Part shown: in pieces, positions 20,448 to 31,000 of the stretch
Numbering within the stretch: the stretch's first letter is position 1
Layout: each line of letters begins with the position of its first letter
Assembly: GCA_045863395.1 (NCBI GenBank)
Contig: BTVJ01000062.1
Coordinates: forward strand, 1 to 41,657
Direction: 5' to 3'
From: Myxococcales bacterium
GTDB lineage: Bacteria; Myxococcota_A; UBA9042; JABWCM01; BTVJ01
DNA length: 41,657 nucleotides
Made by a program: the position numbers and the translations under genes
Notes under the pieces: model-generated
What the model was told of the DNA's origin: nothing
Seen by the model: the letters and a program-made list of their open reading frames with translations, nothing else
Database searches by the model: none

Positions 20448-21376
20448 AGCGACACACGTTGGGGATGTTGTTCCTGCTGGCCGGGAGCCTCGCGGCGGGC
20501 CCGGCGATGGCGGAGGGCGTCGTCCGGACGGCGGCGCTCCCACCGGCGACCCGCGCGGCGCTGATCCAGGACATCGAGGCGGCGCGAGTCAGCTCGCCTC
20601 AGATCTTCGAGCGCCTGGCGCGGATGCGCAGCCGTGTGGCCGAGCTGGACGCGGCCAAGCGCGGCCGGTTCGCGCCCATCGCGCTCTACCTGAAGCAGCT
20701 CGGCCCCGAGACCCTGCTCCCCATGCTCGAGGCCATCGCCATCGACGCGGACGAGCGGGGCGACCTCACCGACACGGCCTGGGCCGCCTGGCGCGCCGGG
20801 CTCATCGAGGCGGTGGGCGGCAACCGAGACGTGCGGGCGCAGCCCGTCCTCCTGGCCGTGCTCCAAGGGCCGGAGACGGACGCGATGATCGTCCGCTCCA
20901 CGGCGGAGGCCGTCGGCAAGCTCGGCACCGACGAGGCCGTGGCAGCGCTGCTGCCGCTCGCGACGACGGCGGGACCCAAGCGGCTCGCCGTGGTCAGCGG
21001 CATGGGCGCCTGCCGCCGGGCACAGGTGGCGGAGACGCTGGCCTCGCTTCTCGCGGGCGCCGACGAGGAGCTGTCCCTCGCAGCCATCCGCTCCCTCGGC
21101 GACGTCGGCAACAGCCGGGCGTGGAAGACCTCCTCGGTCGCGGTGTGGGCCAATGAGCAGGAGGCCGTGCAGTCCATGGCAGCGACGGCCCTCGTACAGG
21201 TCCTCGCAACGACGGAGAGCGTGGCTCTTCGCAAGGCGGCCAACAACGCGCTGATGGTGGTCGACTACGCCGGCACGCCGGCGCTGCTCGCGGCCGCCCA
21301 GGCGACGGCGGGCGCCGACACGAAGGCCGTGCTCGAGGCCGCCGCCAAGCGCTTCGCCAGGAACCCCGCCCGCTGA
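20444..21376 (+). CDS. Secreted HEAT-repeat-like helical protein
   Basis: ATGA overlap with PAD; signal peptide ending AMA-E; repeats such as 'TAEAVGKLGTDEAVAALL' and 'AAIRSLGDVG'. Confidence 0.65.
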   Translation: MKRHTLGMLFLLAGSLAAGPAMAEGVVRTAALPPATRAALIQDIEAARVSSPQIFERLARMRSRVAELDAAKRGRFAPIALYLKQLGPETLLPMLEAIAIDADERGDLTDTAWAAWRAGLIEAVGGNRDVRAQPVLLAVLQGPETDAMIVRSTAEAVGKLGTDEAVAALLPLATTAGPKRLAVVSGMGACRRAQVAETLASLLAGADEELSLAAIRSLGDVGNSRAWKTSSVAVWANEQEAVQSMAATALVQVLATTESVALRKAANNALMVVDYAGTPALLAAAQATAGADTKAVLEAAAKRFARNPAR

Positions 21377-21401
21377 GCCGCGCTGGCTCGCCTCCCCCTG
21401 C

Positions 21402-22832
21402 TCAGCCCGGCTCCACGGGCATGCACGCCCCCAGCTCGATGTGGACCGCGTCGCCCTCAAAGCGCAGGATCACGTAGTTGCGCAGGCCGGGCTCCAGCGG
21501 GCCGCGGATCTCCTGGAAGACCGGCGCCCACGTCCCGGTGTTGACGTAGGAGACCCCCCGCCCAAGCGGGACGACCTCCGGCGCGTGGGTGTGCCCGAAC
21601 GCGACGACACGGACTGGAAGCATCTCCGCGATGCGGCGCGCCGCCGCGCGCAGCTCCTCCGAGACGCCCAGGATCGAGTCCGACCGGGCCAGCGACTCGT
21701 AGACCAGCCACAGGAGGGGGAGGCTCGACAGCGGGACCATCAGCTTGACCCAGAGGGGGGCGCCGCTGACGGCCAGGGCCACCGTGCCGATGGTCATGAG
21801 CAGCGCAAGCAGGACGCGATCGAGCCAGAGCTCTCGCAGCAGACCGAAGACCCGGTCCACGATGGGGGGCCGCTTCATGGCGTCGATGCGCCGCGCCACC
21901 TCCACCGGCACACCCGCCCGCTCGGCGAACTGGTCGACGGCCTCCAGGTGGTCTCTCCGGCGGCGTCGGGACGCTGGCAGCTTGCCGAAGAGCTGCGCCA
22001 TGACCAGGACGCTGCCCCAGAGCCAGTTGATCACGAGGCTGCGGCGCGTGAAGGCATAGTAGCGCAGCCAATGCGCCACGTAGCGCCACGCGTTGAGGAT
22101 GAAGTTGGTGGAGTGCGGGTTGAAGTAGCCCATCACGCTGATCAGCGTGCGGTTGGTCAGGTTGCCCATGGGCAGGTCGATGCTCTGCTCCCCGTTCTGG
22201 ACGATGGTGGGCGAGAGCAGGTTCGGGAAAGAGCTGAAGGGGTCGTACTGGTTGCCGTGCTCGATGAACACCCACCCCGGCTCATGGTAGAACCACGGCT
22301 CGAAGGTCACGGCGGTGTGGGGAAAGGACAGCCCCTGGCGCGCCGCGGCCGCCTGCAGCCCACCGACGAGGGCCCTCTGCACCCCCTCGAAGTGAAACTC
22401 CCGATCATGGTTGCCCATGACGTAGAGCACGCGATGGCCCGCGACCAAGAAGCGGGCGATGCCGTCCGCGAGGCTCGGGTGCTGGGCCAGGACGAGCTCC
22501 ACGGTCCAGACGGCCTTCTGCTCCAGCGGGTCGAGGCCCCGCCTGCGCTCCCCGCGGGACACGGGGAAGGGCGCCGGGTCGGGGACACGCGTCACGAGGT
22601 CGAAGTCGATGATGTCGCCGTTGAGCACCAGCAGACACGGCTCACCGGGCTCGGCCTCGGCCTGAAATCGCTCCAGCAGCGCGACCAGCTCCTGGTCGTA
22701 GAGCATCTCGGAGCTCTTGTAGCGCTTCCAGCCGTCCGCGTGGTCCTCGACGTCGCAGAGGTGCAGATCCGAGACGATGAGGGTACGCCGCCGCCCGGGG
22801 GTGCCCCCGGTGACCGCCGGAGCGGGCGTCAC
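21402..22832 (-). CDS. Calcineurin-like metallophosphoesterase with membrane insert
   Basis: SDLH, LNGDIID, GNHD, EHGN, FGHTH, YVNTG; GTG start at 22832 overlaps the upstream stop. Confidence 0.82.
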   Translation of the reverse strand: MTPAPAVTGGTPGRRRTLIVSDLHLCDVEDHADGWKRYKSSEMLYDQELVALLERFQAEAEPGEPCLLVLNGDIIDFDLVTRVPDPAPFPVSRGERRRGLDPLEQKAVWTVELVLAQHPSLADGIARFLVAGHRVLYVMGNHDREFHFEGVQRALVGGLQAAAARQGLSFPHTAVTFEPWFYHEPGWVFIEHGNQYDPFSSFPNLLSPTIVQNGEQSIDLPMGNLTNRTLISVMGYFNPHSTNFILNAWRYVAHWLRYYAFTRRSLVINWLWGSVLVMAQLFGKLPASRRRRRDHLEAVDQFAERAGVPVEVARRIDAMKRPPIVDRVFGLLRELWLDRVLLALLMTIGTVALAVSGAPLWVKLMVPLSSLPLLWLVYESLARSDSILGVSEELRAAARRIAEMLPVRVVAFGHTHAPEVVPLGRGVSYVNTGTWAPVFQEIRGPLEPGLRNYVILRFEGDAVHIELGACMPVEPG

Positions 22833-23938
22833 AGCTCGCAGCAGACGAAGGCGTCGGGGCCCCACCCTCCAGGAGCGGCCAGGCAGCCGGTCGCGATGGC
22901 AGAGCCGTCGTTGAGGAGCTGGTAGGTGCGCGTGCAGGTGGACCAGCCCGCGGCCACGCAGGCGTCGTCGCCCGCGATACCCGAGCCCTCCGTGAGCGTC
23001 ACGGGCGCGAAGCCGGTGACCGTCCCGACCTGCGGCGCGCACAGGGCGGTGCGGAGGATGTCCGTGCCGACGCCGGTCACGAAGTCCTCGGTGGCCACTC
23101 CCGGGGGAGTGACCAGGCAGTCGGCGGCGTCCGCGGTGCCGTCCCCGTTGGCGTCGCCCGTCGCCTCCCAGCAGTTGGCCCCCGCCGGACCGGTGAGGGC
23201 CGCGACGGCCACCGGGTCCCCGAGCAGCGCGGTCGCCACGGCAGCCGCCGACGGCGACTCACCCGGAGGCCCCTGCTCGCCCTGCTCACCCTTGTCGCCC
23301 GGGTCGCCCTTGTCTCCCTTCGGCCCTGGATCTCCGCCGAAGAGCGCAGAGTCATCCATGGCCGCGAGCAGCGCCTGACGGAGCTCCAGATTGTTGATCA
23401 GGCTCGTCGCCACATCCAGGGGCTTCGGGGACTCCCCCGGCTTGCCATCGACGCCGTTCGTGCCAGCCTCCCCCTTGAACTGGCCGCTCTGCGCCATGGC
23501 GGCGAGCATCTTCTGCCGGATGCCGTCGTTGTCGATCAGCTCGTTCGCGACCTCCGTCGACGTGGGCGCCTTGCCCTGGAGGCCCTGCTCGCCCTTGTCA
23601 CCCTTGGGGCCGACGCAGTCCCCCACGTCGAGGCCGCCGCTGCCGTTGACGTCCGTCACCCCGGGGGCGTCGAAGCAGGCCTGGCCGGTCTCTCCCTTCT
23701 CGCCCTTGGTCCCCTCGGACCCCTTGAACTTCCCGGAGGCCTCCATGCGCGTCACCAGAGCGTCGAGGAAGTCCGGGTCCCCCACCATGGGAGCCTGGAT
23801 GCCCTCCAGGAGCCCCTCGGCCTTGAGGCAGGCGTAGAGCTTCCCGGTCTCCATGCCGGCGCACGCCGACTCCTTGGCCTCGGGCGCGCACGCCACCAGA
23901 GTCCATGCCAGCAGCGCGGCGAATGCGACGGTCTTCAT
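22829..23938 (-). CDS. Collagen-like (Gly-X-Y) lipoprotein with DxNGxG Ca-binding-like loops
   Basis: AGGAGG RBS, ATG 23938, lipobox LVAC; GxY runs (GDPGPKGDKGDPGDKGEQGEQGPPG); 'DVNGSGGLDVGDC' and 'DANGDGTADAADC'. Confidence 0.75.
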   Translation of the reverse strand: MKTVAFAALLAWTLVACAPEAKESACAGMETGKLYACLKAEGLLEGIQAPMVGDPDFLDALVTRMEASGKFKGSEGTKGEKGETGQACFDAPGVTDVNGSGGLDVGDCVGPKGDKGEQGLQGKAPTSTEVANELIDNDGIRQKMLAAMAQSGQFKGEAGTNGVDGKPGESPKPLDVATSLINNLELRQALLAAMDDSALFGGDPGPKGDKGDPGDKGEQGEQGPPGESPSAAAVATALLGDPVAVAALTGPAGANCWEATGDANGDGTADAADCLVTPPGVATEDFVTGVGTDILRTALCAPQVGTVTGFAPVTLTEGSGIAGDDACVAAGWSTCTRTYQLLNDGSAIATGCLAAPGGWGPDAFVCCEL

Positions 23939-23970
23939 GTCTCCTCCTTGGCTTCCCTTACTCATGAGAT

Positions 23971-24984
23971 TCAGAAACGCGCGGTCGCAGAGAGGCCTCC
24001 CCCGTCCGGGAGGGCCATCGGGGCAACGGTCGCCACGGGGGGCTCCGGCTCGTCGAGGACGAGCATGACGATACCCCCGGCGACCAGTGCTCCCCCCGCC
24101 ACGTACAGCCCCACACCGGCGTTGTAGAGCCCGCGCCCCTCGTTGTAGACGTCCACGTAGGTGGGAGTCCCCGGGACGTGGTCATCGTTGGCGGTCTGCA
24201 TCTTGCCGTTTCCCACCGCGTTCAGCGCCGCCGCACCGGCGATGGCCGCCGCCCCGACGCCGACCGCCGTCCAACCCCAGGGCGTCAGGGGGCCCGCGCT
24301 CGGGGGAGGCGGCGTCACGGTGAGCGGCAGCGTCTCGACGGGCGTGGGAGCGACCTCCGTGGGCGTGTCGTCGGGGGCCACGGGCTCGATGACGGGCAAC
24401 AGCTCCGACGGCGCCCTCGTCAAGGCGAGGGTGCGCGCGGCGACCTGCCCCGCGCTGACCTCCTCCGAGGTCTCGAGGGCCAGATAGCGGTCCTGGCGTG
24501 CTATCACCGTGTAGCGCCCGGCCGGGAGCCGCACCTCCACGGGGGCCGTCAGCCAGAGATCGTGCGCGCCTGCCGGGTGGCCAAGGATCGCCCCTGCCCT
24601 GATGGCGATCTGCCCCCCACTCGGCTTGGTGTCCACCTTGAGCGTGCCCAGAGTGGACGGCATGCGCTTCTCGCACTTGCCGATCTCTCGCTCGAGGAGA
24701 GGGCGGTCAGGGTCGCCGGGGCTCTCCACCAGGACCCGCGTGAAGTAGAGGACGGTCGCGGTGCAGTTGCCTCGGCGCACCGCGATGAGCCCCAGGTTGA
24801 ACAGGGCGCCCGTTCCGGCCCCGCTCGAGTGGGCCGCGAGGAAGTGACGATCCGCGGCGTCCAGATCACCCGCGGCGAGCGCCGCGCGTCCGGACTGCAT
24901 GAACCCGTCGGCGCCTTGGGCGTTCACTGCGGACGGTACGAGGAGCGTCAGCGCGAGGATGGCTGCGAGGGCGCTACGACCCAT
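23971..24984 (-). CDS. TPR + PEGA domain secreted/membrane protein
   Basis: Signal peptide; TPR-like 'ALFNLGLIA...CTATVLYF'; PEGA-like 'GTLKVDTKPSGG...LPAGRYTVIA'; C-terminal hydrophobic segments ending in F. Confidence 0.75.
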   Translation of the reverse strand: MGRSALAAILALTLLVPSAVNAQGADGFMQSGRAALAAGDLDAADRHFLAAHSSGAGTGALFNLGLIAVRRGNCTATVLYFTRVLVESPGDPDRPLLEREIGKCEKRMPSTLGTLKVDTKPSGGQIAIRAGAILGHPAGAHDLWLTAPVEVRLPAGRYTVIARQDRYLALETSEEVSAGQVAARTLALTRAPSELLPVIEPVAPDDTPTEVAPTPVETLPLTVTPPPPSAGPLTPWGWTAVGVGAAAIAGAAALNAVGNGKMQTANDDHVPGTPTYVDVYNEGRGLYNAGVGLYVAGGALVAGGIVMLVLDEPEPPVATVAPMALPDGGGLSATARF

Positions 24985-25016
24985 CTCGATTCCTCCTCCG
25001 GGGGTGCCCCCGGACT

Positions 25017-26609
25017 TCAGCGCGGTTGGAGCGTCCGCGGGCCGACCTTGCGCTCAGGCTTGGGCTCCGGCTTCAGAGGCTCGACCACGAGCTCCGCCCG
25101 GTCCCGCCGGTCCAGCTCGGTTGTCGCCTCCCGCAGCGGCGCGGGTCGCTCGTCGATGCGCCCCGCCTCTTCGGCCCCGCCCGTCTCCCCCACGACCGGC
25201 TCGTCCACCGGAGCCTCCGGAGCGGGAGCCACCGGCGGAGCCTTCACCGGCGGCACGGCCTCGGATGGCGGCGCTCCTACGCTGGGCGGGGCGACCGGCG
25301 CTGCCCCAGAGGCTGGCACCTTGGACGGGATGAAGCGGTCCACGAGGGTCGGGTCGACGAGCAGCGCTACACCGATGCCGGCGATGACCAGCAGCAGGAA
25401 CAGCATGGTCACGAGCAGCCAGCGTCCCCGCTCGGGTGGCGGATCCTCGATGCGCACCGGCGCGGCCTCGGCGATGCGAGGAGGTGGGGTTGGGGCGGCA
25501 GAGGGCGCCTTGATGCGCGCCCCTGCCCGCTGGGGTGCCGCTGGCCGGGCGGCCTCCGCCTCCCCCCTGGGGGTGGGGTGCACGACCGCCGCGGGGGCCG
25601 CGCTCGGGTTCATGACGAAGACGGTAGTGGAGTCCAGCTCCGACGCCTCCTGCACCTCGTCGATGGCCGCGACCACGTCCATGGCCGAGTCGAACCGATC
25701 CGAGGGGTTCAGCGCCATGAGCCGCGCGAGGAGGCCGTCGCTCCCTGGTGGCGCCGCGACGCGCGGCGCAGCGACGCTGAGCAGGAGCGGCTCCTCGTAG
25801 AGCACGCGCTGAACGGTGCCGGCCATGTTGGCCGCCGCCAGGGGGCGAGCTCCGGTCAGCATCTCCCAGAGGACCACGCCGAGGCCATACAGGTCGGAGC
25901 GGGGCGTCGGCTCGTCCCCCGCCACCACCTCCGGGCTCACGTAGGCTGGGTGACCGAAGGTCAGGCCGCCGCCCATCTCCGTCGCGTCCCAGGCTGCGAC
26001 CTGGGTGAGCCCGTAGTCGATGACCGTCGCCACGTCGATGCGCCCGAAGGCGTCGCGAAGGAGAACGTGCTCGGGCCGCAGGCAGGCGTGGACGACCCCC
26101 TGGCCGTGTGCCTCCGCCAGGGAGTCGGCCACCTGCCGCGCGATGGCGAGGGCGCGCTGCGGCGGGATGCGGCCGTCCCGCTCCAGCTTCCGGCGCAGAT
26201 CCTCCCCCTCGACCAGGTCCATCACGATGAACCCCTGCCCCTGCGGCGTCTTGCCGAAGTCGTGCACGGAGACGGTCTGTGGGTGCTTGAGGCGGCTGAT
26301 CAGCCGAGCCTGGGCGAAGTACCGGTCCAGCGACTCCGGGTCGGCGGACAGCTCCGGATGGAGCACCTTGACGGCGACGCTCCGTCCCATGGTCTGGTCG
26401 ACGGCCCGATGGACATCGCCCAAGGCTCCGCCGCCGATGCGTGGGCCGAGGGCGTAGCGGCCGCCGAGCACGGACCCCGCCATCACACCCCGGGGCCGCT
26501 CCTCGATGAGGATGGCGCCGTCCGCGGGACAGCGGGCAACGTCGTCGCCGGCACCGGTGCTGCATACTGGACAAAGGCGGGACATCACGGACTCCTCGTG
26601 CGCTGCCAT
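25017..26609 (-). CDS. Membrane-anchored Hanks-type Ser/Thr kinase-like protein (probable pseudokinase)
   Basis: N-terminal CPxC..CP; GGGALG, VAVK, DYG, SPE, SDLYGLGVVLWEMLTG; catalytic loop reads HACLRPEH; one TM helix; start 26609 or 26585. Confidence 0.85.
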   Translation of the reverse strand: MAAHEESVMSRLCPVCSTGAGDDVARCPADGAILIEERPRGVMAGSVLGGRYALGPRIGGGALGDVHRAVDQTMGRSVAVKVLHPELSADPESLDRYFAQARLISRLKHPQTVSVHDFGKTPQGQGFIVMDLVEGEDLRRKLERDGRIPPQRALAIARQVADSLAEAHGQGVVHACLRPEHVLLRDAFGRIDVATVIDYGLTQVAAWDATEMGGGLTFGHPAYVSPEVVAGDEPTPRSDLYGLGVVLWEMLTGARPLAAANMAGTVQRVLYEEPLLLSVAAPRVAAPPGSDGLLARLMALNPSDRFDSAMDVVAAIDEVQEASELDSTTVFVMNPSAAPAAVVHPTPRGEAEAARPAAPQRAGARIKAPSAAPTPPPRIAEAAPVRIEDPPPERGRWLLVTMLFLLLVIAGIGVALLVDPTLVDRFIPSKVPASGAAPVAPPSVGAPPSEAVPPVKAPPVAPAPEAPVDEPVVGETGGAEEAGRIDERPAPLREATTELDRRDRAELVVEPLKPEPKPERKVGPRTLQPR

Positions 26610-26761
26610 GGCCCCTATGATTGCCAGTATTCCCTGGACTTGTCGAGAACGTGTGCGGACCCTTGGCCCATCGACCCGCTCCGGGGTGGCCAGGCGCCCC
26701 CCGTTGATCGCGCCAGGCCAGCCGTCTATGGTGTTCGGACCCCTGCAACGCCAGGAGCTTC

Positions 26762-27742
26762 GTGAGACGCCCGACCCTCCTCCTCACCCTCGCCTGTCTG
26801 TCCGCTGCGAGCGGCTGCACCCTCCAGGTGGAAGCCGCAGACTACATCGGCGTGTGCGCTGCGGGCGCCGAGCGGTGCAAGGGCGCCTCGGTCCAGGCGT
26901 GCTCGGCGGATGGGGACCGGTGGCTGACCCGCGAGGTCTGCCCGGCCGACCAGATCTGCCGCGACGCGGCCTGCGTCCCGCCCGACGCGCCGCTGCTCGA
27001 ACCCGACGGCGGCGAGGGGGACGCCGCGGGGGACGCCGTGGTCACCCCCACGGTCGACATCGTGATTCCACCGCTGGCGGATGGGGGTCCACCGACGTTC
27101 GGTAGCGTCGTCGACGTGACCGTCCGCCTCCAGATCGTGGCCGCCCTCCCGGGCGGCTACGTGGACCTGGGCTTCTGCGCGGGGCCGCTGGCGGGACCCG
27201 TGCAGGGCGGCCCGCCCACCTGCGCTGGCGCCTTCTTCCTGCGCATCGAGCGGACGGGAACGGGGCTGTGGGGCCAGCTCTACGTCCATGACCCGACCGA
27301 CGGGACCATGGAGCCCAAGCTGTGGGACCAGGAGGCGGGCGTGGCGGCCCCGGTGCTCCTCTTCCCGGGAGAGCTGTACGAGCTGCGCCTGCGCGACTAC
27401 GCACAGCAGGTGAGTGACGCGGGCGAGCGGACCATGAGCTTCGAGCTGCGGGGCTTTGCGACCAGCGCCTGGGCGTCCCAGGTGGTCAGCGTCCCTGACG
27501 CGAGCCTGGCCACGTTCGGGCTGTGGAATCTGGATACGGCGGGCACGGACGAGCAGGCACTGCAGGGCGCCGCGTCGTCCGTCGACATCCGCATCGATCA
27601 GGCGCAGTCCTGGGACATCAAGGACTTCAGCACGCTCGCGTCCACCCAGGGCGCGATCCTGCAGTCCAACCGTGGCAACGCGGTGCTCGACTTCCACGTG
27701 ACTCGGGCCGTCGCGGGGCTCGCGCTCCTGCCGCTCCGGTGA
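26762..27742 (+). CDS. Hypothetical lipoprotein with N-terminal Cys-rich module
   Basis: Lipobox ASGC; 'CAAGAERC...C...C.....C....C' module; beta-rich C-terminal domain. Confidence 0.6.
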   Translation: MRRPTLLLTLACLSAASGCTLQVEAADYIGVCAAGAERCKGASVQACSADGDRWLTREVCPADQICRDAACVPPDAPLLEPDGGEGDAAGDAVVTPTVDIVIPPLADGGPPTFGSVVDVTVRLQIVAALPGGYVDLGFCAGPLAGPVQGGPPTCAGAFFLRIERTGTGLWGQLYVHDPTDGTMEPKLWDQEAGVAAPVLLFPGELYELRLRDYAQQVSDAGERTMSFELRGFATSAWASQVVSVPDASLATFGLWNLDTAGTDEQALQGAASSVDIRIDQAQSWDIKDFSTLASTQGAILQSNRGNAVLDFHVTRAVAGLALLPLR

Positions 27743-28029
27743 GGGAGGAGGCGGCCCGGCCCCTTCCTTTACATCCCGCCCTCGATACGTTATCCAACGT
27801 CCCATGGTCGAACTGCCGGCCATGGTGGACATGCGCCCCACGCGTATCAGTTGATAACACGACCTCGAGCCATGAACCGCCTCTCACCGGCGCGCCGGTT
27901 ACACGAGAGCGCGCAGGGTCGCTGGTCGTGTGCTCAACTGTTCGGCTCGCGATGCCGTCGACGGTGGGCTCGCGCGGGCTCCCGTGCGGTGGCCCCCGAC
28001 GTGGCTGGGGCGCTCGGAGGAGGAACGAC

Positions 28030-31000
28030 ATGATGTTGCGCGGTTGGTCGATCACGTGGGCGCTGGTCCTGGCCCTCTCGGTGGCTGGGTGCCCAGACGA
28101 CGACGTCACCGGGGGCGGAGGGGACGTCGACGCCGAGGCAGATGCCGAAGGCGACGTGCCGGACGGGACGTCGGACGACGGCGGGGGCGGCGACGACATC
28201 CACGCGGACTCCGGGCCAGGGACGGACACGGGGAGCTCGGCGAGCATCGAGCTCGTCGCCCTCACGGCGGTCGGCGTCCGGGGCCTGGGCGTCGACCAGT
28301 TCGCGCTGACCCAGTTCGACGAGCCAGCCGCCTATGTCGAGAGCGCCGGGTATCAGATGGACCTCCAGGCGCGCGCGCTGGGCCTGCCCAAGGCGACCCC
28401 CGTGACCCTCACCATCGACGGCGTGGACAAGGGGACTGCCTCCCTGGACGCCAACGTCACCAACTTCCCGGAGGTGACGCTGACTCCGGGCGTCCACCAG
28501 ATCAAGGTGCGGGCCTCCCTTGGGGGCCAGCTCATCGAGGACGGCAACACAGTGACCGTCGGGGTCGGCCCCTGCGACGTGACCGTCTCTCCTGGCCCTG
28601 CCGCCTGCCTGCTGACCGACGTGGATCCCGCCACCGCGGGCCTCCAGGTGACGTTCACGGTCGCGAACCCCAACAAGAGATGCACCCTGGCGTATCTACA
28701 GATCAACGGGCCCTCGGGGACCGCGCAGACGGCGCCGGTGGCCCTCGACGGGGACGGGGTGGCGACCATCACCGCGTCGCTGACCACCGACGACGTGCCC
28801 GTGAACACCGCCCCCGTGGAGGTGACCGCCGTTGTCACGTGGCCAGGGGTCGACGAGCTGACCTCCGCCAAGGTGAGCACCTACAAGATCGATACGCAGG
28901 CTCCCGCACCGACAATCACCACACCCTTCAAGCCGATCCTCACCGCAGCAGACGACGAGGGGGACCCGGCGACTCCCGGCATCTCCATCACCGTCAAGGG
29001 GGACGTAGCTGGCCTGTCCGCCGAAGAGCTGGACAGCCTGACGCTGACGGTGAACGGGGAGCTGCGAGGCACGACGTCGCCCTCCACCAACGGGAAGTTC
29101 CAGTTCAAGAACGTGCAGTTCGACGCATCCGGCGATTACACGCTGCGCGTCGTTGGTGTGGACACCTGCGGGCTCACCGGGTCCACGGAGCAGGGCGTCA
29201 CGGTGGACCTGGGCGCGGTGCCACCGGCTCCCGCGGTGGACCTGGTCGCGGTGACGGCGCAAGGCGTCAAGGGCGCCGGCGCTGCGACCATTCCGCTCGT
29301 TGCCGCGGACGAACCCGCCGCCTGGGCGGCGGCCGCGGGCTTCCAGATGGACTTCGAGGCACTGACGACCAACGTCCCCGCAGGCACCACGGTCACCGCC
29401 AACGTCGGCGGCGCGGTGCTCCAGGCGCAGACCGACGGAGCAGGCGCGGCCCGGTTCGAGGGAGTCAACCTCACCAAGGGAGACACGACGATCTCGGTGG
29501 GCCTCACCACAGGTGGGCAGACGGCCCAGGTCACGAAGGTGGTCTCGCTGGACATCGCGGCCTGCGACGTGCTGGTCGAGCCGGCGGGCGGCTGCCTGAC
29601 CGACGACGCGTCGCCCGCCCCCGGCCTCCAGGCGACGATCCTGGTGAAGAACCCGGACGGGCTGTGCGACACGGCGACCCTGACGGTCCAGACGGACACC
29701 GGATCCACCGAGCTGACGGCGACCCTCACGGCCGGACAGGCGAGCTTCCTCGTGACCATCGCCGCGGCCGGGGTGGACGACGTGACCCTGACCGCCACGG
29801 CCAAGGTGGAGTCGGGCGGCGACCCCTCACTCACGGCGCAGACCAACGCCATCTCGTTCCTCGGCGACGCGCTGCCGCCAGCGATCACCATCACCGAGCC
29901 GGCGAGCGCGACGGTGTCCACGACGGCGGACGCGGACGGCGACCCGAGCAACGGCCTCCAGCTCGACCTGGCGGGCACCGTTGCGGGCAACCACGCCCTG
30001 GACGGGCTGGCGCCGCTCGCCGTCTCGGTGGACGGCGTGGCCCAGGGCAGCGCGGCGCAGACCGGCGGCCTCTGGACGGCACAGATCACGGTGGCTGGCT
30101 CGGGCACCTATGAGGTGGCGGTCAGCACCGCCGACACCTGTGGCCTCGCGGCCTCGGCCACGCTCAACTTGACCGTGGTGGACGTACCCGCGCCCGCGGT
30201 CGACCTGGTGGCAGCGACGGCCAACGGTCCCGTGGGGGAGGGGGTGGACTCCATCGCCCTCGACGCCACCGACGAGCCCGTCACGTACCAGAGCACCCCG
30301 GGCTTTCAGATGGACTTCTCCATCCTGACGACGAACGTGCCGGAGGGAGTCGTCGTGACGCTCTCCGTAGGCGGGGCGACCTTCGAAGCGGCGGTCGACG
30401 AGAACGGGGTCGCCCTGGTCGGTGGAGTCGTGCTCTCCAAGGGCGCTCAGGTGGTGAGCGTCACGGTCTCCGTGGGCGGGCAGACCGCGATGGTGGAGAA
30501 GACCATCACCCTGGACGTCCCGGCGTGTGACATCGTGTTGGAGCCGTCCGTGGCGTCCTGCCTCACCGACGATGCGTCCGCGAACCCCGGCTTCCAGGCG
30601 ATCTTCACGGTCAGCAACCCGGATGGTCAGTGTGACGTCGCGGCCCTCGTCGTGACAGACACCGATGGGGCAAAGGTCACGCTCGGCGCGGCCCTGGTCG
30701 ACGGGCAGGCCACCTTCGTGGCGACGCTCGCGGCTGGAGGAGCCGACGGCGAGACGGCGCTCGTCGCAGCGGCCGTGGACAGCACGACAGACCCCGAGCT
30801 CGCGGCTCAGACCAACGAGGTGGCGTTCCCCGTGGACACCACGGCGCCGGTCATCGCCATCATCGAGCCCGTCGGCGATCTCACGACGGCGGCGGACCTC
30901 GACGGTGACCCGTCCAACGGGGTCCAGGTCACCGTCTCTGGCACGGTCAGCTCCGCGACCGCAGTGACCCTGACGGTGGACGGCGCCCCGCAGGGCGCGG

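Noticed and set aside
27523..28029. 169-aa N-terminal extension of the giant ORF given in the ORF track
   Set aside because: Overlaps the 26762-27742 gene; the strong RBS, signal peptide and lipobox point to ATG 28030
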